Positions 45,472-56,802 of a stretch of DNA of 64,000 bases are shown here, piece by piece. Under the pieces are notes generated by a model. The model was not told the DNA's origin, did not search any database, and saw only the letters and a list, made by a program, of their open reading frames with translations. The translations under genes and the position numbers were made by a program. The stretch covers positions 248,001 through 312,000 of the forward strand of contig BROI01000022.1 of assembly GCA_027923505.1 (NCBI GenBank), written 5' to 3'. How positions within the stretch are numbered: the first letter of the stretch is position 1; every line of letters starts with the position of its first letter. This DNA comes from Mayamaea pseudoterrestris. Lineage: Eukaryota.

Positions 45472-46689
45472 TTAGAACAAATACTCTGCAATGAGCAGTC
45501 GCTCACATCCATTTTCTCCTTGCACTCGTAGCTGTCCGTCGCTCTGTATATCCACTGTCACAACCTCTTCTCCAGAGTGAGATCCATTCTCCTCATTTTC
45601 AACATCGCCTCGTAGCACATATCTTGTTCCAAACTCGGCGAATGACTTCCAGCGATCAATGACTTTTTGCTCTCGCAGCTGCTTATCACCAGCCTTGTCC
45701 ATGACCCAGTCGACGAGAGCGTGCGCCAAGTCACTTGCCAAGACGGCTGCTGCGGTGGAAGGTAGCGATTTTCTACAATGCTCCTGAAGGCAGGTAGCTG
45801 GTCGGATCGACCTGCCGGGCGACTGGCTCAAGTCTGGTGCAAAGGCAACATTGACGCCAATGCCAATTAGGAACCAAGTCTTGTTGTTGACAATTTCATT
45901 TTCAATCAGAGTGCCTGATAGTTTGCAGTCGTCAATTAACACATCATTGGGCCACTTGACAGTCACTTTTGAGAGTGGTGTCTTAGCATGAGAATCGTCG
46001 CCCATTGTATCGCAAGCGTCAAGCATTTGCTTCGCTCGCTCGGCAATCAGCACGGCAATCTGCAGTGGCAGCAGCGTCAATTGTACGGGTATTTCGTCGT
46101 ATGGAATACAAATTGTCAAGTACATATTTCCCGTTTCGTTTCCTTGGCCGCCTTCCCAGTGGCGTCCCTGGGTGCCTCGGCCTTGCCGTTGAACGTCGGC
46201 CAGGACGGCTAGAAAAGGCTGAAGTGTAGAGGGTTGATCTCCTTGTGGATCGACTGCCACGTCGACTGTAGCAGCCCGCTCGTGCAGAAGCCTCCGGGCT
46301 TCATCCTGCGTCGATTGTATAGGAATCTTGATATGCTCCCAATGTATAAGATGAGATTGCTGCAAAACGTCAGTCGAAGAAAGCATGCGGTCGAGAATCG
46401 TCTTGTTCTTTGGCGAAAACGCAAAGGCCGAAACAATGTATCGTTTCGAAGTGAGAAAGGCAAGCGCTGCAATTCTTCCGACCAGGTTTCGTCGATATTG
46501 TACAATCATTGAGACTAGAGGAAGGCCCGGTTTGCTTAGTTGCCTCAATGGAAGCGCTGATTCGAGCTGTTGTGATTGTCGTCGCAAAGAAAATGTCCAT
46601 GAAACGGATGTCGCAAAGAGTATCGCTGCGACGGATATGAAGAAGCGCGCAGTGTGTGAGCGGGACCCACAGCTAAAATCCACTACCAT
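45472..46689 (-). CDS. Biotin--protein ligase (holocarboxylase synthetase); alternative starts 46509 and 46386
   Basis: STQD, QRQGRGTQGRHW, GNMYLT, KWPNDV, KLSGTLIE, IGIGVN, C-terminal DIQSDGQLRV. Confidence 0.93.
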   Translation of the reverse strand: MVVDFSCGSRSHTARFFISVAAILFATSVSWTFSLRRQSQQLESALPLRQLSKPGLPLVSMIVQYRRNLVGRIAALAFLTSKRYIVSAFAFSPKNKTILDRMLSSTDVLQQSHLIHWEHIKIPIQSTQDEARRLLHERAATVDVAVDPQGDQPSTLQPFLAVLADVQRQGRGTQGRHWEGGQGNETGNMYLTICIPYDEIPVQLTLLPLQIAVLIAERAKQMLDACDTMGDDSHAKTPLSKVTVKWPNDVLIDDCKLSGTLIENEIVNNKTWFLIGIGVNVAFAPDLSQSPGRSIRPATCLQEHCRKSLPSTAAAVLASDLAHALVDWVMDKAGDKQLREQKVIDRWKSFAEFGTRYVLRGDVENEENGSHSGEEVVTVDIQSDGQLRVQGENGCERLLIAEYLF

Positions 46690-46805
46690 TCTTCAATACT
46701 ATGTGATTTACTATGTAGGAGTCTAATGCAATGATAAAGTGGACCATCGGGTTTGTATACCATGCGAATCTTCAACATATTTCATGTGAACCCGAATGCA
46801 TGCTA

Positions 46806-47942
46806 TTATTCTTCTACGTAATGCTCGTGCTGGTCTTCATGATCCTCGTGATGCCCCTCTTCTTCCTCATAAAATTCTTCGGGTTTTTCGTGATATTCAG
46901 TCTCATGCTCGCCGTAGTGTTCTTGTTCGTGCTCGTGTTCGTGTTCGTGCTCGTGCTCGTCCTCGTCCTCGTGCTCATGCTCGTGTGCGCCTTCGTGCGC
47001 ATGCTCGTCAAAATGCTGCTCCTGCTCGTGTCCGTACTCGTGTTCCTCGACATCCCCATGTTCGATTTGATCATGCTGACTTTCGTCAAACGTTTCTTCA
47101 TGCTGATGATCTCTCATATCGGTTTCCGCTTGGGCTTCATGTTCGTGTGTACCGTCATAGGCAACCTCCTCGACAGGAATGTCACCTTGCACTTCCTCTT
47201 CGATGCGCTGCTCTTGGATATGCTCCTCGTTAACGTTTGGAGTCTCTTCCGGAGTATCCTTGTCTCGCTCATCCGCGTTCTCGGCACCGAACGCATAACT
47301 CATAGGAACGGATCGATCCGGATAGACAATGTAATCGACAGCCTTATACTTTCCATTTTCATCCAAACTGTAAATTTCCAACGCCAAGGTTGCAACCTTG
47401 CCTTGATCCTTTTCATATTGCGCAAATCCCCGCGACCAGTGAAGCATGGGGGCAATCATGGGCGTTATAAAGGAGCGCCAAGGAATGCTTGCCTTTAATA
47501 CTTGACTGTTTGGAATGCGAATCGCCTTGATGGTAGCGCCGACGCCAGCAGCCGATCCCTGAGCCGCAATCAAGCGAGCCTGCTTGAAATCGGCTTGAAT
47601 TAACCAACCGGCCGACCAATGTGGATTGCTAGTTTCGGTGGGGTCATCAAAATACATGCCCACGGCAACCTTTTCCCCTTGCTGGCCGTAATATTGCGCA
47701 GCCTCTTTCATGAATCTTGCTCCATCTGGAGACGTCAGTATGGCTGCTTCCGCTGCACCCAAGGCTGACGTGATCTTGTTGGCAATCCTCGGATCTTTCG
47801 ACGTGGCAACAATGGCGATTAGATCGCCTTGGGATGCCGTTAAAATCGAGTCATGATACTCAAAGGATGGTCGATCAAAGATGCCAACGAAAAAGAAGAG
47901 GACAGCCAGTAGACCAACGATGATTGGAACCAAGGGACCCAT
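46806..47942 (-). CDS. Membrane-anchored GyrI-like domain protein (TEX264-like) with His/Glu-rich C-terminal tail
   Basis: N-terminal hydrophobic anchor, VGMYFDDP, VLKASIPWRSFITPMIAPMLHW, ALEIY, then ~150-aa E/H-rich disordered tail with (HE)n. Confidence 0.75.
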   Translation of the reverse strand: MGPLVPIIVGLLAVLFFFVGIFDRPSFEYHDSILTASQGDLIAIVATSKDPRIANKITSALGAAEAAILTSPDGARFMKEAAQYYGQQGEKVAVGMYFDDPTETSNPHWSAGWLIQADFKQARLIAAQGSAAGVGATIKAIRIPNSQVLKASIPWRSFITPMIAPMLHWSRGFAQYEKDQGKVATLALEIYSLDENGKYKAVDYIVYPDRSVPMSYAFGAENADERDKDTPEETPNVNEEHIQEQRIEEEVQGDIPVEEVAYDGTHEHEAQAETDMRDHQHEETFDESQHDQIEHGDVEEHEYGHEQEQHFDEHAHEGAHEHEHEDEDEHEHEHEHEHEQEHYGEHETEYHEKPEEFYEEEEGHHEDHEDQHEHYVEE

Positions 47943-48232
47943 GGTGACTTAATGTGAGCCGTCAGGATAAATGCAGTCGACCTGTTGGGTTCGACAGGTC
48001 ACGTCTTGTCACGAGAGAATCGTGAGATCCGCCGCGGCGTCGCGCCAAATGACTCTGTGACTGTCGCATTGAGAACCGTTCGGACAGGCGCTACTTGTCG
48101 TTCCTTTCCATCATGAGACGACAGAGAAGTGGGCCCAAGTCGTACGGTACGTACGCGTCGCACAAAAGTAGCAGAAACAAGCGATGCAACACTTTACTCA
48201 GGTAAACGCATATCGCAGATTTATGATTTGAC

Positions 48233-49654
48233 TCATGCAGCTGACCGCGCAACTTCCTCTTCGGTTCCTCGTTTTGTTGACGACACATCGAAAGACTCTG
48301 GCCCAAAGATTGCTCGAAGACCTTCGTTGCTATTGAACATGAGACTATGATCATGTGGAACTCCCGGAACAATGCTTCGATGATAAGGAATTCCGAGCAA
48401 CTCCATCGACCTAACATAACGCTCATGACGCTCGAGTCGCGTTCGTCCCTGCATCATATCGGAGCACGTGGTTTCCAACCCATGCGAGTCGCACCACCCC
48501 GCGTCGTGTCCCGGAACGTTGCAAACATCGAGGCTTCCTGCAAGGTATACCATGTTTCGGCTTCGAAGTCGTTGCAGCAAATGGTCCGTGCCGAGTGTTT
48601 GTAACACTTTTGCGACATACGAAACAGTGTCGTTTCCAACGCCCATATACAAACCATGGCCCCAATCATTATATTCGGGGCATGTCTTGACAAAAGGTTG
48701 CATCCACTCGCCACCAATCCAGCGTAAAGGAGTCAAATACGCATAGGAGGACGGATTGGCAACGACTCCATGAAAGAGTGAATCATTCCAGGAAGAAGTC
48801 ATGAGCGCCCATCGCTGCACAAACTGACCACCAGAAGAATGGCCAACAATGGCCACTCTCTGAAGAGATGTATAATTGGATGTATTGACTGTTTGGATTA
48901 AAAGATCAATAGCTTGAAACGAGCTGAATGAGTCGCTCTGCAGCTCCAAAGGGTACATCGCTGCCTCTCCATAGCGCCATGCACCGTCTGCTTCATTACT
49001 CCAACGTATAGCAGTCCCATTATCAATAATTTCCAATTCATCATCGTCCATGTTTGGAAACCGTGGAGCCACAAGAAGAACATTTTCTGGATCAAAGTGG
49101 GACTGTTGCTTTATTGCCGCCGTGCTTGCACAGAAATAATCGTCGGCGTTTCTCCCTGCACGGTGAATGACAATCAGAATCATTTGTACGCGGGCAACAG
49201 CATCTGTTTGGTGCAATTTTCTCAAGTCTCCATGACTGGAATAGTAGACAAACTTGGCGTCTTCATTCTTGTCATCATTTCCAGCCGGCAGTCCATACAA
49301 AGCTTGTGCTTGACCTTGGCACAGCTTATATCGTGGCAACACTTGAACCAAGGGATCCATTATCAAAGTTTCCGCTAAACACAGGTAGTTTTCAATGCAT
49401 TGATAGCCATAGGCGCATCCAGTCCGTTCATCGTCGCGGCAGCATGTAGCATTGTAGGAACCGAGATCGTTCGGTATGCAAAAGGAGGTTGTCGTCGTCG
49501 CATCCGCGGCGCTGTCACCCGCCAAAGCCGCGCAGCAAGTATTTCCCGTCGGGCAAGAGCCTCCTCCATTTTCCACAGAACAGCTTTCAAACGAGATAGC
49601 TACTGGTAAGCTAACAATCAAGACAGCAAACAGCAACCAATGAAGCAGCTTCAT
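48233..49654 (-). CDS. Secreted alpha/beta hydrolase with N-terminal granulin-like Cys-rich module
   Basis: Signal peptide MKLLHWLLFAVLIVSLPVAIS; CPTGNTCC...CIP...ATCCRD...GCAYGYQC; nucleophile elbow VGHSSGGQF, VVANPSSY, GSLD, VPGVPHD. Confidence 0.82.
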   Translation of the reverse strand: MKLLHWLLFAVLIVSLPVAISFESCSVENGGGSCPTGNTCCAALAGDSAADATTTTSFCIPNDLGSYNATCCRDDERTGCAYGYQCIENYLCLAETLIMDPLVQVLPRYKLCQGQAQALYGLPAGNDDKNEDAKFVYYSSHGDLRKLHQTDAVARVQMILIVIHRAGRNADDYFCASTAAIKQQSHFDPENVLLVAPRFPNMDDDELEIIDNGTAIRWSNEADGAWRYGEAAMYPLELQSDSFSSFQAIDLLIQTVNTSNYTSLQRVAIVGHSSGGQFVQRWALMTSSWNDSLFHGVVANPSSYAYLTPLRWIGGEWMQPFVKTCPEYNDWGHGLYMGVGNDTVSYVAKVLQTLGTDHLLQRLRSRNMVYLAGSLDVCNVPGHDAGWCDSHGLETTCSDMMQGRTRLERHERYVRSMELLGIPYHRSIVPGVPHDHSLMFNSNEGLRAIFGPESFDVSSTKRGTEEEVARSAA

Positions 49655-49818
49655 GATCGACGAAATCTCTCGTCGCAAAGAACAAATTTGAGTACCGGTA
49701 AGATTTAGCTTAGCCATACCAACCACAATGCCGACTTGTACTTGGCATTACTATGCCATTCCTAAATACGAGACCCAAGTAGCGAAATAGAGCTTGTAAA
49801 CTTTATTATTATTGTTTA

Positions 49819-52520
49819 TTACTTGCTCTGCCAGCTTGGGCCGCCAGTGTTCCATCCACCACCTCGCGCCGTCTGCTGCTGATTCGACCATCCACTGGAC
49901 TGGTTTGATGTACTGGCCGCCTGGTTTTGCATTCCAAACGGCTGCTGCTGTCCAAGTTGTGGAGGAGGGCCCTGCTGCTGCTGTTGCTGGAATTGCGGAA
50001 GTGGACCACCACCGCCACGGCCGCCTCCCTTTCTTCCTCGATGCTGGTCGTCGCCACCAGCGCCTTGCTGATGCACTTGTTGCTGTTGCGGCGGGCCGTA
50101 AGGGTCTTGCATATTGCCGTATCCGCCGCGAAAGTCTTGCTGGTAGCCCATGCTATACTGCGGTTGACCGCCATAGCCGCCTTGAGGATATTGACTATGA
50201 GTCTGGTATTGCTGCTGCTGGTTGTTGTTCCGCCCGCGATAGCCTCCATTGTTAGAATTGTTGTTAGTATTGTTGTTCTTTTGCTGGTATCCGCCGCCGC
50301 CTCCACCAACTCCACTTGCTGAACCACCAGAATGATTTTGGTCGTCGGCATAGTGAGGGTATCCACCGCCTTGCTGCATGCCTTGCGGGTAGCCAAAGCT
50401 GCCTTGCACACCACCGGCAAACTGACCGCCGTAGCCATAATTGTAGCCAATGCCACCTTGGTGCTGTCCCATGTGGAAGGGCGGCTGTTGACCGTAATAT
50501 CCATACGGAGGCATGTTTGGCATACCAGGTGGCATGCCAGCTTGATGAGCCGAGTCATTCGCACCTGGGCCAGTCGTCAAGCCGCCAGGTGCATTGCCCG
50601 ACGAAGGCGCAGAACCAGCACTTCCGTAAAGACTTGGAGGAGGTGCCTGCTGCGGCTGGTGCAGTTGATCGGGCTTGTTGTCCTGCGGGTGAATACCTGT
50701 GCCAAGGACGGGTCCAGCGGGCGTAGGACCAGGGAAACTTGGGAAACTGCTATTGTTGTAATTGTACATTCCCATGCCGTATTGACCGCCATATCCTTGC
50801 TGCGGCGGAGGCATGTACGAGGTCGCAGCCGGATTGTATTCACTTGGTGCAGACTGTGGCGGAAACGTCATTTGGTTGTCGTGACTCGACATAGGCTGGT
50901 GAACGTTGAGTGAAGTTTCATCAAGCTTGTTTTCCAACTCGTGCACAAGGACTGCATTCGTTGGCATGGGAGGCATGCCTCCAATTGAAAGTCCCGGTGG
51001 CGGCCGAGCTGGCGAGGCAACGCCTGGCGGCGGGGGATGCGGAAGACTCTCCTGCTTGGCAGACGCAACGACATCAGCACCCGTCGTGTCAAGACTTGGT
51101 CCGTCGTTGTCATTTCCAAAAGATCCAAATCCAAAATCAAGATTGTCGTCGGCATCGCCCGTTTCCCAGTGGCCCATGTTGAGTACACTCGCAGGTTTTT
51201 GTGGCGGCTTTGGAGCTCTTGGCTTCGGAGCCTTGCTCTCAACAGGAGCGCCCATACCCATCTCTAATTGAACTGGAGCTTCACCCCATGCAGGGGCACT
51301 AGGTACCGGTGCCGGGGGTGGTACAACAGACTGTGGCAGTGGTGCTGGCGATGAAGGAGCAATTGGTTGCTGCACAGGAGGCGGAGAAATGGCTTGCACA
51401 GGAGTTACATGCTGTGTACGAGGTGGAGATGCAGGAGGCGGATTGAAACTGGCGGGAGGTTCTGGAGGAGATACTGGCTTTGGCTTTTCGTTGCGAATCA
51501 AATGCGCCGATCCCATGGTTGCCCAAACATTTCCTCCTGGACGAGGAGCTTGCGTCGGAGGACCGACAGGCGCGGGTGGAGCATATACTGACTCGAGCTC
51601 TCGTGCAGGCGAAGGAGGCAAAGTGACTGGTAAAGGCTCAGGTTCCTCAATCTCTGGCAAAGGGGCTGGAGTTGGTGCAGGAGGAGCAGCAGCTTCCGTC
51701 TTTTTGGCCCACGCACCTTGAGGCGCGCGAACATTGCTGACCGCTGGAAAACCAGCCGGCGCAGCAGGAGCAGTTACTTCATCCTTGACTTCCTTAGCTC
51801 CATTCTCTGGCTTTGTTGGTACAGGCGATCGGCTTCGAGTAGAACTTTCTCGGCCTCGGCCAGCACCTCGACCGCCTTCTCGTCCAGCAAAACGCTCACC
51901 CCGTCCTCGACCACCGCGACCTTCCGAGCGACCACGGCCTTCGGAACGACCACGACCTCCAAAACTACCGCCTCGTCCTCCGCCAGAAGGTTTCGCAGCA
52001 GCAGCAATTGCCTTGGCAGGAGCTCGCTTGTTGACATCCTCCCACTCTTCCTCGGCCGGTGTTTCAGGCTCCTCCCACCAAAGCGAAATGGCAGCTCGAA
52101 TCTTTGCCTCGTCGCCCTTTAACGATTTCACAAGCTTGTCAAGATCATTGATTTTGTGTGGAGGACAAGCTTCCTTCAACTGCAGTAGATTGAAAATGTC
52201 AGAAAAGTAAGAGGTGAGTTGAAGCGAAGCGACGGTCATTTTTTCACTGCACTTGAACAAATGACATAAAGAAGAGAGCAAACGTCATAATTTTCTTCAA
52301 ACTAATTTTCTCTCCAAAGTGATTATAAAAAGCGATATTTGCAAAACATTTCGCATCACTTCCTACGATAATGTCAATTCCATGGACAGCTCGACAAAAA
52401 TCTTGTGCAACAACGACTTACACTTTCCGTCAGCTTTCCATAATTACTGGCGCCGCCACGCCCACCTCTGCCGCGACTGGATCTTCCAGATCCAGCAGCA
52501 GTGCTCGTTGGTCCTGCCAT
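49819..52520 (-). CDS. UBAP2L/Lingerer/Def1-like low-complexity RNA-granule protein; exons 52520-52422 and 52179-49819
   Basis: MAGPTSTAAGSGRSSRGRGGRGG...KLTES|LKEACPP joined by a phase-0 GTAAGT...CTGCAG intron; UBA/CUE-like helical segment, WEDV, RGG boxes, Pro-rich linker, LDFGFGSFG, Q/G/Y prion-like C-terminus. Confidence 0.8.
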
Positions 52521-52882
52521 TGCTAATTTTTAGTTAGAGAAAATGTATATCAGAGTGATGCTATCGCTCGAGTTTGTTTCCGCAGCTGCTTCCATCCGCG
52601 CGCAGCCACCGCGATTGGCGCGCCGTGGCGGCTCTGTGCAGACACGTTAGTAGGCGGCTGTACTTTCGTGTGGATGGCTATCATTGAGTCGAACGAGTCG
52701 GATTGTGGACGGTTTGCAATATGACTGACATTTAAGATTTGGGCTTTCACGATGTGACAAAACGGCTGGAACTTCGGAAGAAACGATCGTAATGGTTACA
52801 GCCGTTTCCGTTGAAAGGTATCTTTTGTGTCCAAAACGCACAAGACGTTTTCGCATCAGGCCTCGTCATTAACCCGACGACC

Positions 52883-54514
52883 ATGGCGAACCGAGGAAGC
52901 CGTCACGACGATGATGCTTCCATCGAGGCTCCATACGTGTCCATCAATGTCCAAGATGGAAGCGGATATACTTACAATAATCAATATGAAAATCCAACCG
53001 TGCCTCCCGTCATGGACATGAGCAGCGACGAGACCGATGACGACGAGGACAATCATTCAATAAGTAGCGTTCTCACAGCGGAAGGGATTCATGATATTGT
53101 CGGTTTCTACTGCGTCTGCCTCGTTATTCTGATTGGAGATATGTCTCGCGGCGTCATGTTTCCAAGCATGTGGCCTTTGGTCGAGTCGCTGGGCGGCGAT
53201 CAAGTGCTGCTTGGATATGCAGTGGCTGCTTTTTCCTTTGGCAGAGTCCTTGTAAATCCGCTCTTTGGGGCGTGGAGTCATCAATTTGGATACACAAAGA
53301 CGCTTGTATTGTCGACGACTATACTCTTGTTCGGTACCTTGACGTACACGCAAATCCAAACTGTTGGAAGGCCCGAATTTCTGATAGTTTCCCAGACAAT
53401 TCTCGGTAGGAAGATGTGATAATACTACGCGTACCTCATGTACTCTTTCGTTAAACGCTCAACTTGTTTAACACCTCTTTCCGTCCAGGCATTGGGAGTG
53501 GAACGTTGGGAGTGACCCGCGCCTTTGTCGCCGATGTCACGGCCAAGCGACAGCGAACCGTTTACATGGGCTTGATTACTGCCGTCCAATACGGTGGGTT
53601 CACCGTAACGCCGATCTTTGGCGCTCTTTTCAACTATCTTTTCCAGGACGACGATTACCGTATTCCGTTCCTGCCATTTATAAGTTTCAACAAGTTTACC
53701 ATGCCAGCAATCTTCATGGCAACCATTGTTGCCTTTACTTTATTCATTCTTCTCACCTACTTTAAAGACCGTCATCGGATAACGACTCTGAAGGAAGCAA
53801 AAAAGCCATCACTAAAGAGGCAAGCAATCGACGAAGTCGCCAATGCACCAACATGCCTGTGCCTGACCGTGTACGACTGCTGCATTTTGGGATGCATGCT
53901 ACTCAATGTTTCGACCAAGGGAAGTATTGCGGCTTTTGAAACACTAGGCATTGCCATTGCCGAAGCACAGTTTGGCATGGTGTCATCGCGTGCAGGATTT
54001 ATTGTTGCTTTGTGCGGATCCCTTGGGGTTGTTTCGCTACTGAACATGGACAAGTTGGCCTTGTTTCTTACGGACCTGCAAATGATCATGGGTGGAATGA
54101 TTGTCATGTGCATTGGCATTCTATCACTTGGTCTAGCGGGTGACTCACAGTGGATCTATGTCTTTGCCATGCTCATGATTTACAGCATTGGTTATCCCGT
54201 CGGCCATACTGCCGTGATTGGGCTTTTTTCTAAGAGTGAGTGAACATAATCGTCTGGTTTTGGAAGATGATAGGTGTACTTGCTCACATCTGCGACCCTT
54301 TGCCTTAGTCGTCGGCCGCCGACCTCAAGGAACCTTGCTAGGCTATTTCGCATCGGCAGGATCGGTTGCTCGCATGTTGTTTCCGGTCATGTCGGGATAT
54401 ATTGCCAGGTATAGCGCCGTTGATACACTGTTTTGGGTGCTTATGGTGGTTCTCCTCGTGTCAACAGCCTTTGTTGCCGTCTACCGCAACATCCTTTCCT
54501 TGCTTTCATCGTGA
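52883..54514 (+). CDS. MFS transporter, MFSD8/CLN7-like; introns 53406-53488 and 54236-54308
   Basis: Multiple TM helices; PSMWPLV, LGYAVAAFSFGR, spliced ILG|IGSGTLGVTRAFVA, LFSK|IVGRRPQG, GSVARMLFP; acidic N-terminus with YVSI sorting-type motif. Confidence 0.9.
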
Positions 54515-54943
54515 TGTATGAAAGCTATGATATTGAGAATACACTTTTATTCCTACGAAAGCGGCTCACTGCAGCAGTCAAGTCTGGAAATTATCGCTCG
54601 CTCAAACACGATGAACATTCGGCCAGCCTCGGCCAATATCAACATGCAAATGAACACACATACGTAGCTACTTATACAACAAATTGTTAATTACCAGAGA
54701 TGAAAATATAGTACGGTTCGGTTACGTACAAAAAGAGGATATGCCATACGGGTAGTGCCATAGATAGATATCGTCGTAGCGTGACTCCTATGACACGAGA
54801 CGGATTGCATGACAAAACGCAAACCGTCGACCCTTCTTGCGAGCCAATCACTGCCCAGTTTACTCATCTAAAACAACCTCGTTCGACTGAAAAATTGATC
54901 CAGCTTGCCTCTGCACTATATATGTTCGTTAGTTCTTGCTTAA

Positions 54944-55897
54944 ATGTCGTCTGAAGGTCTCTCATTTGCGAGGGAGGATTGCCGTCGGCTCGTCACAGCA
55001 CTAAAAGACGCCTTGCGTGATTTGAAAATGTATTCGGATGACGAAGAATCTTTAGAGACTTTAATCGAGTCCGATTTATACAGCTTGAATCTTGCCAAAA
55101 AGTTACTGGGAGGTATGAGTGATTGCAGCTCTTGGGATCAGCTGGTGAGCCGAGCAAGCAACATGCCGCCCTGGCTGACTGGACTTTTTCTGGAAGAAAC
55201 ACCGCAGCATTCTTCAAAGTTAGAGGCTTTACTATTCATGGCCATGACGCTACAGCAGGAACGATTGAATTGTCGAAAAGATGGCGAAACTGAGATTCCA
55301 ACAGATGTAATAGAACATGTCCCTACTGAAACGATGGAACCAAAATCCAAACTTTTCGAGCACCTGCCTGATTTCTTGTCGGAGAAGCAGCGCATTGCGA
55401 TACAATCATGCTACACACATTTGCAAGCAGACTATGACAATCGGCGAAACGGGCTGTACATGCGAATGGGGATTTTGGAAACCTCCTTTACCAATGAACA
55501 AGGTCCGACATACAAGTCGACCACCCAAGAAGCTCATGCTCCAGCACTTTGTACATCAGCCGAGTCGTTACTTGATCATTTTTCGAAAGCTCATTCAATC
55601 GCTTCAAAGGCAGCTCACATGGCGGCGAAATCTAATGGAATTGCCGCACGTTCCGTCGCCACCAAGGATCGCGGCGGACGACTTGACGATGTTTCGCGCG
55701 TCGAAATGCCGGAATGGACAGAAGCAGGAACGACGGCGACGAAACCTACGAATGGCAAAACAAGTGATGAGATTGCAGGAAATAGCAAGAATTTAGAGTC
55801 GGCCATTGCTGCAGACCATCAACAGCGAAAGCGAGGTAACGGAGATCCAAATAAACCACACTCGCCCCGGAAGAAGAATACTGATAGCAAGAGCTAG
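54944..55897 (+). CDS. FAM98: FAM98 family protein (DUF2465; tRNA-ligase complex subunit-like)
   Basis: LQADYDNRRNGLYMRMGILETSF and KDRGGR...EMPEW match the FAM98 C-terminal signatures. Confidence 0.7.
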   Translation: MSSEGLSFAREDCRRLVTALKDALRDLKMYSDDEESLETLIESDLYSLNLAKKLLGGMSDCSSWDQLVSRASNMPPWLTGLFLEETPQHSSKLEALLFMAMTLQQERLNCRKDGETEIPTDVIEHVPTETMEPKSKLFEHLPDFLSEKQRIAIQSCYTHLQADYDNRRNGLYMRMGILETSFTNEQGPTYKSTTQEAHAPALCTSAESLLDHFSKAHSIASKAAHMAAKSNGIAARSVATKDRGGRLDDVSRVEMPEWTEAGTTATKPTNGKTSDEIAGNSKNLESAIAADHQQRKRGNGDPNKPHSPRKKNTDSKS

Positions 55898-56142
55898 TTA
55901 CAGAGAGTATTGCCGTGTTGTCTCTACTTATTTATAAGTAACAAGCTGTCATAACATATGGTGATATCGCGAAAGCTCGTCCCGTCAGATTTATGATTGT
56001 TGGTCTCGTCGGAGTATGCTCGCTACTCCACGGCCAACAAAGCGTTTGCCATTACACAACCGATAACACGCGCTACTGTAGTGTAGTAAAGTCACCATCA
56101 GTTCATTCAAGGTTTACTATATTAGGCCGTCATAATCAATGC

Positions 56143-56590
56143 CTACTTTATTCCAAGCTTCCACTTGGCAATAGCTTCATATCCTTCATGCGAAATATCG
56201 TCACCCGTTTTCTCCAAAATCTCGTGAATGTCTGCCATGCATGGAGCAATAACGCCCTGAAACTGCTTTAGTTCGTTCTCGTGCTGCTTGGAATCAAGTT
56301 CCGCCTTTTTCTTTTCGAAAAACTTCTTCTCCTGCTCCTTAATGAATCGTTCCTCTTCCACCTTTTTCTGCAAATATATAGATTTGATAGACGAGTCAGC
56401 CAAGGTTAGTAACTATCACAGTACTTGCTTCCGCAGCTGGCGACTCGTTCATGGTCATTCAACGAGACATGTAATGTACCTTAGATTGAAGCGTATCGGA
56501 AAGAGCAAATGATCGCGTCGCCACGGACTGAGGAACCGAGCGGCTAACGACGCGAGCGGATCCCTTGACGAGGGTAGAAGCAAACATCAT
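56143..56590 (-). CDS. Small mitochondrial protein, F1Fo-ATPase inhibitor (IF1)-like, 111 aa; intron 56479-56368
   Basis: Exon 1 MMFASTLVKGSARVVSRSVPQSVATRSFALSDTLQSK (presequence with RSF) spliced in phase 0 to KKVEEERFIKEQEKK charged helix. Confidence 0.72.
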
Positions 56591-56802
56591 GGTTGTATCA
56601 GTTGATGTATTTGCAGCGACAGGAGTTGGTTTGTGCGGCAGTCTCGATTCGCGTTGGCTGTCGACGCGATGATGCGAAGAATCACGAAGAAGCTCGGCTT
56701 GACGTCAGCGAAAGATTTGCGTTTGTCGCACCGCAACAGGGCGATCTGACGCTTTTGTCTTGCACATCCAATTGCCATGTCAAATTCCAAGCCAAATACA
56801 AT

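Noticed and set aside
46731..47498. 255-aa very hydrophobic + strand ORF (poly VL/VF)
   Set aside because: Antisense shadow of the His/Glu repeat of the minus-strand gene.
56593..56802. N-terminal 70-aa extension of guanine deaminase
   Set aside because: Non-ATG ORF start lying in the shared promoter next to the IF1-like start codon; ATG 56803 fits better.
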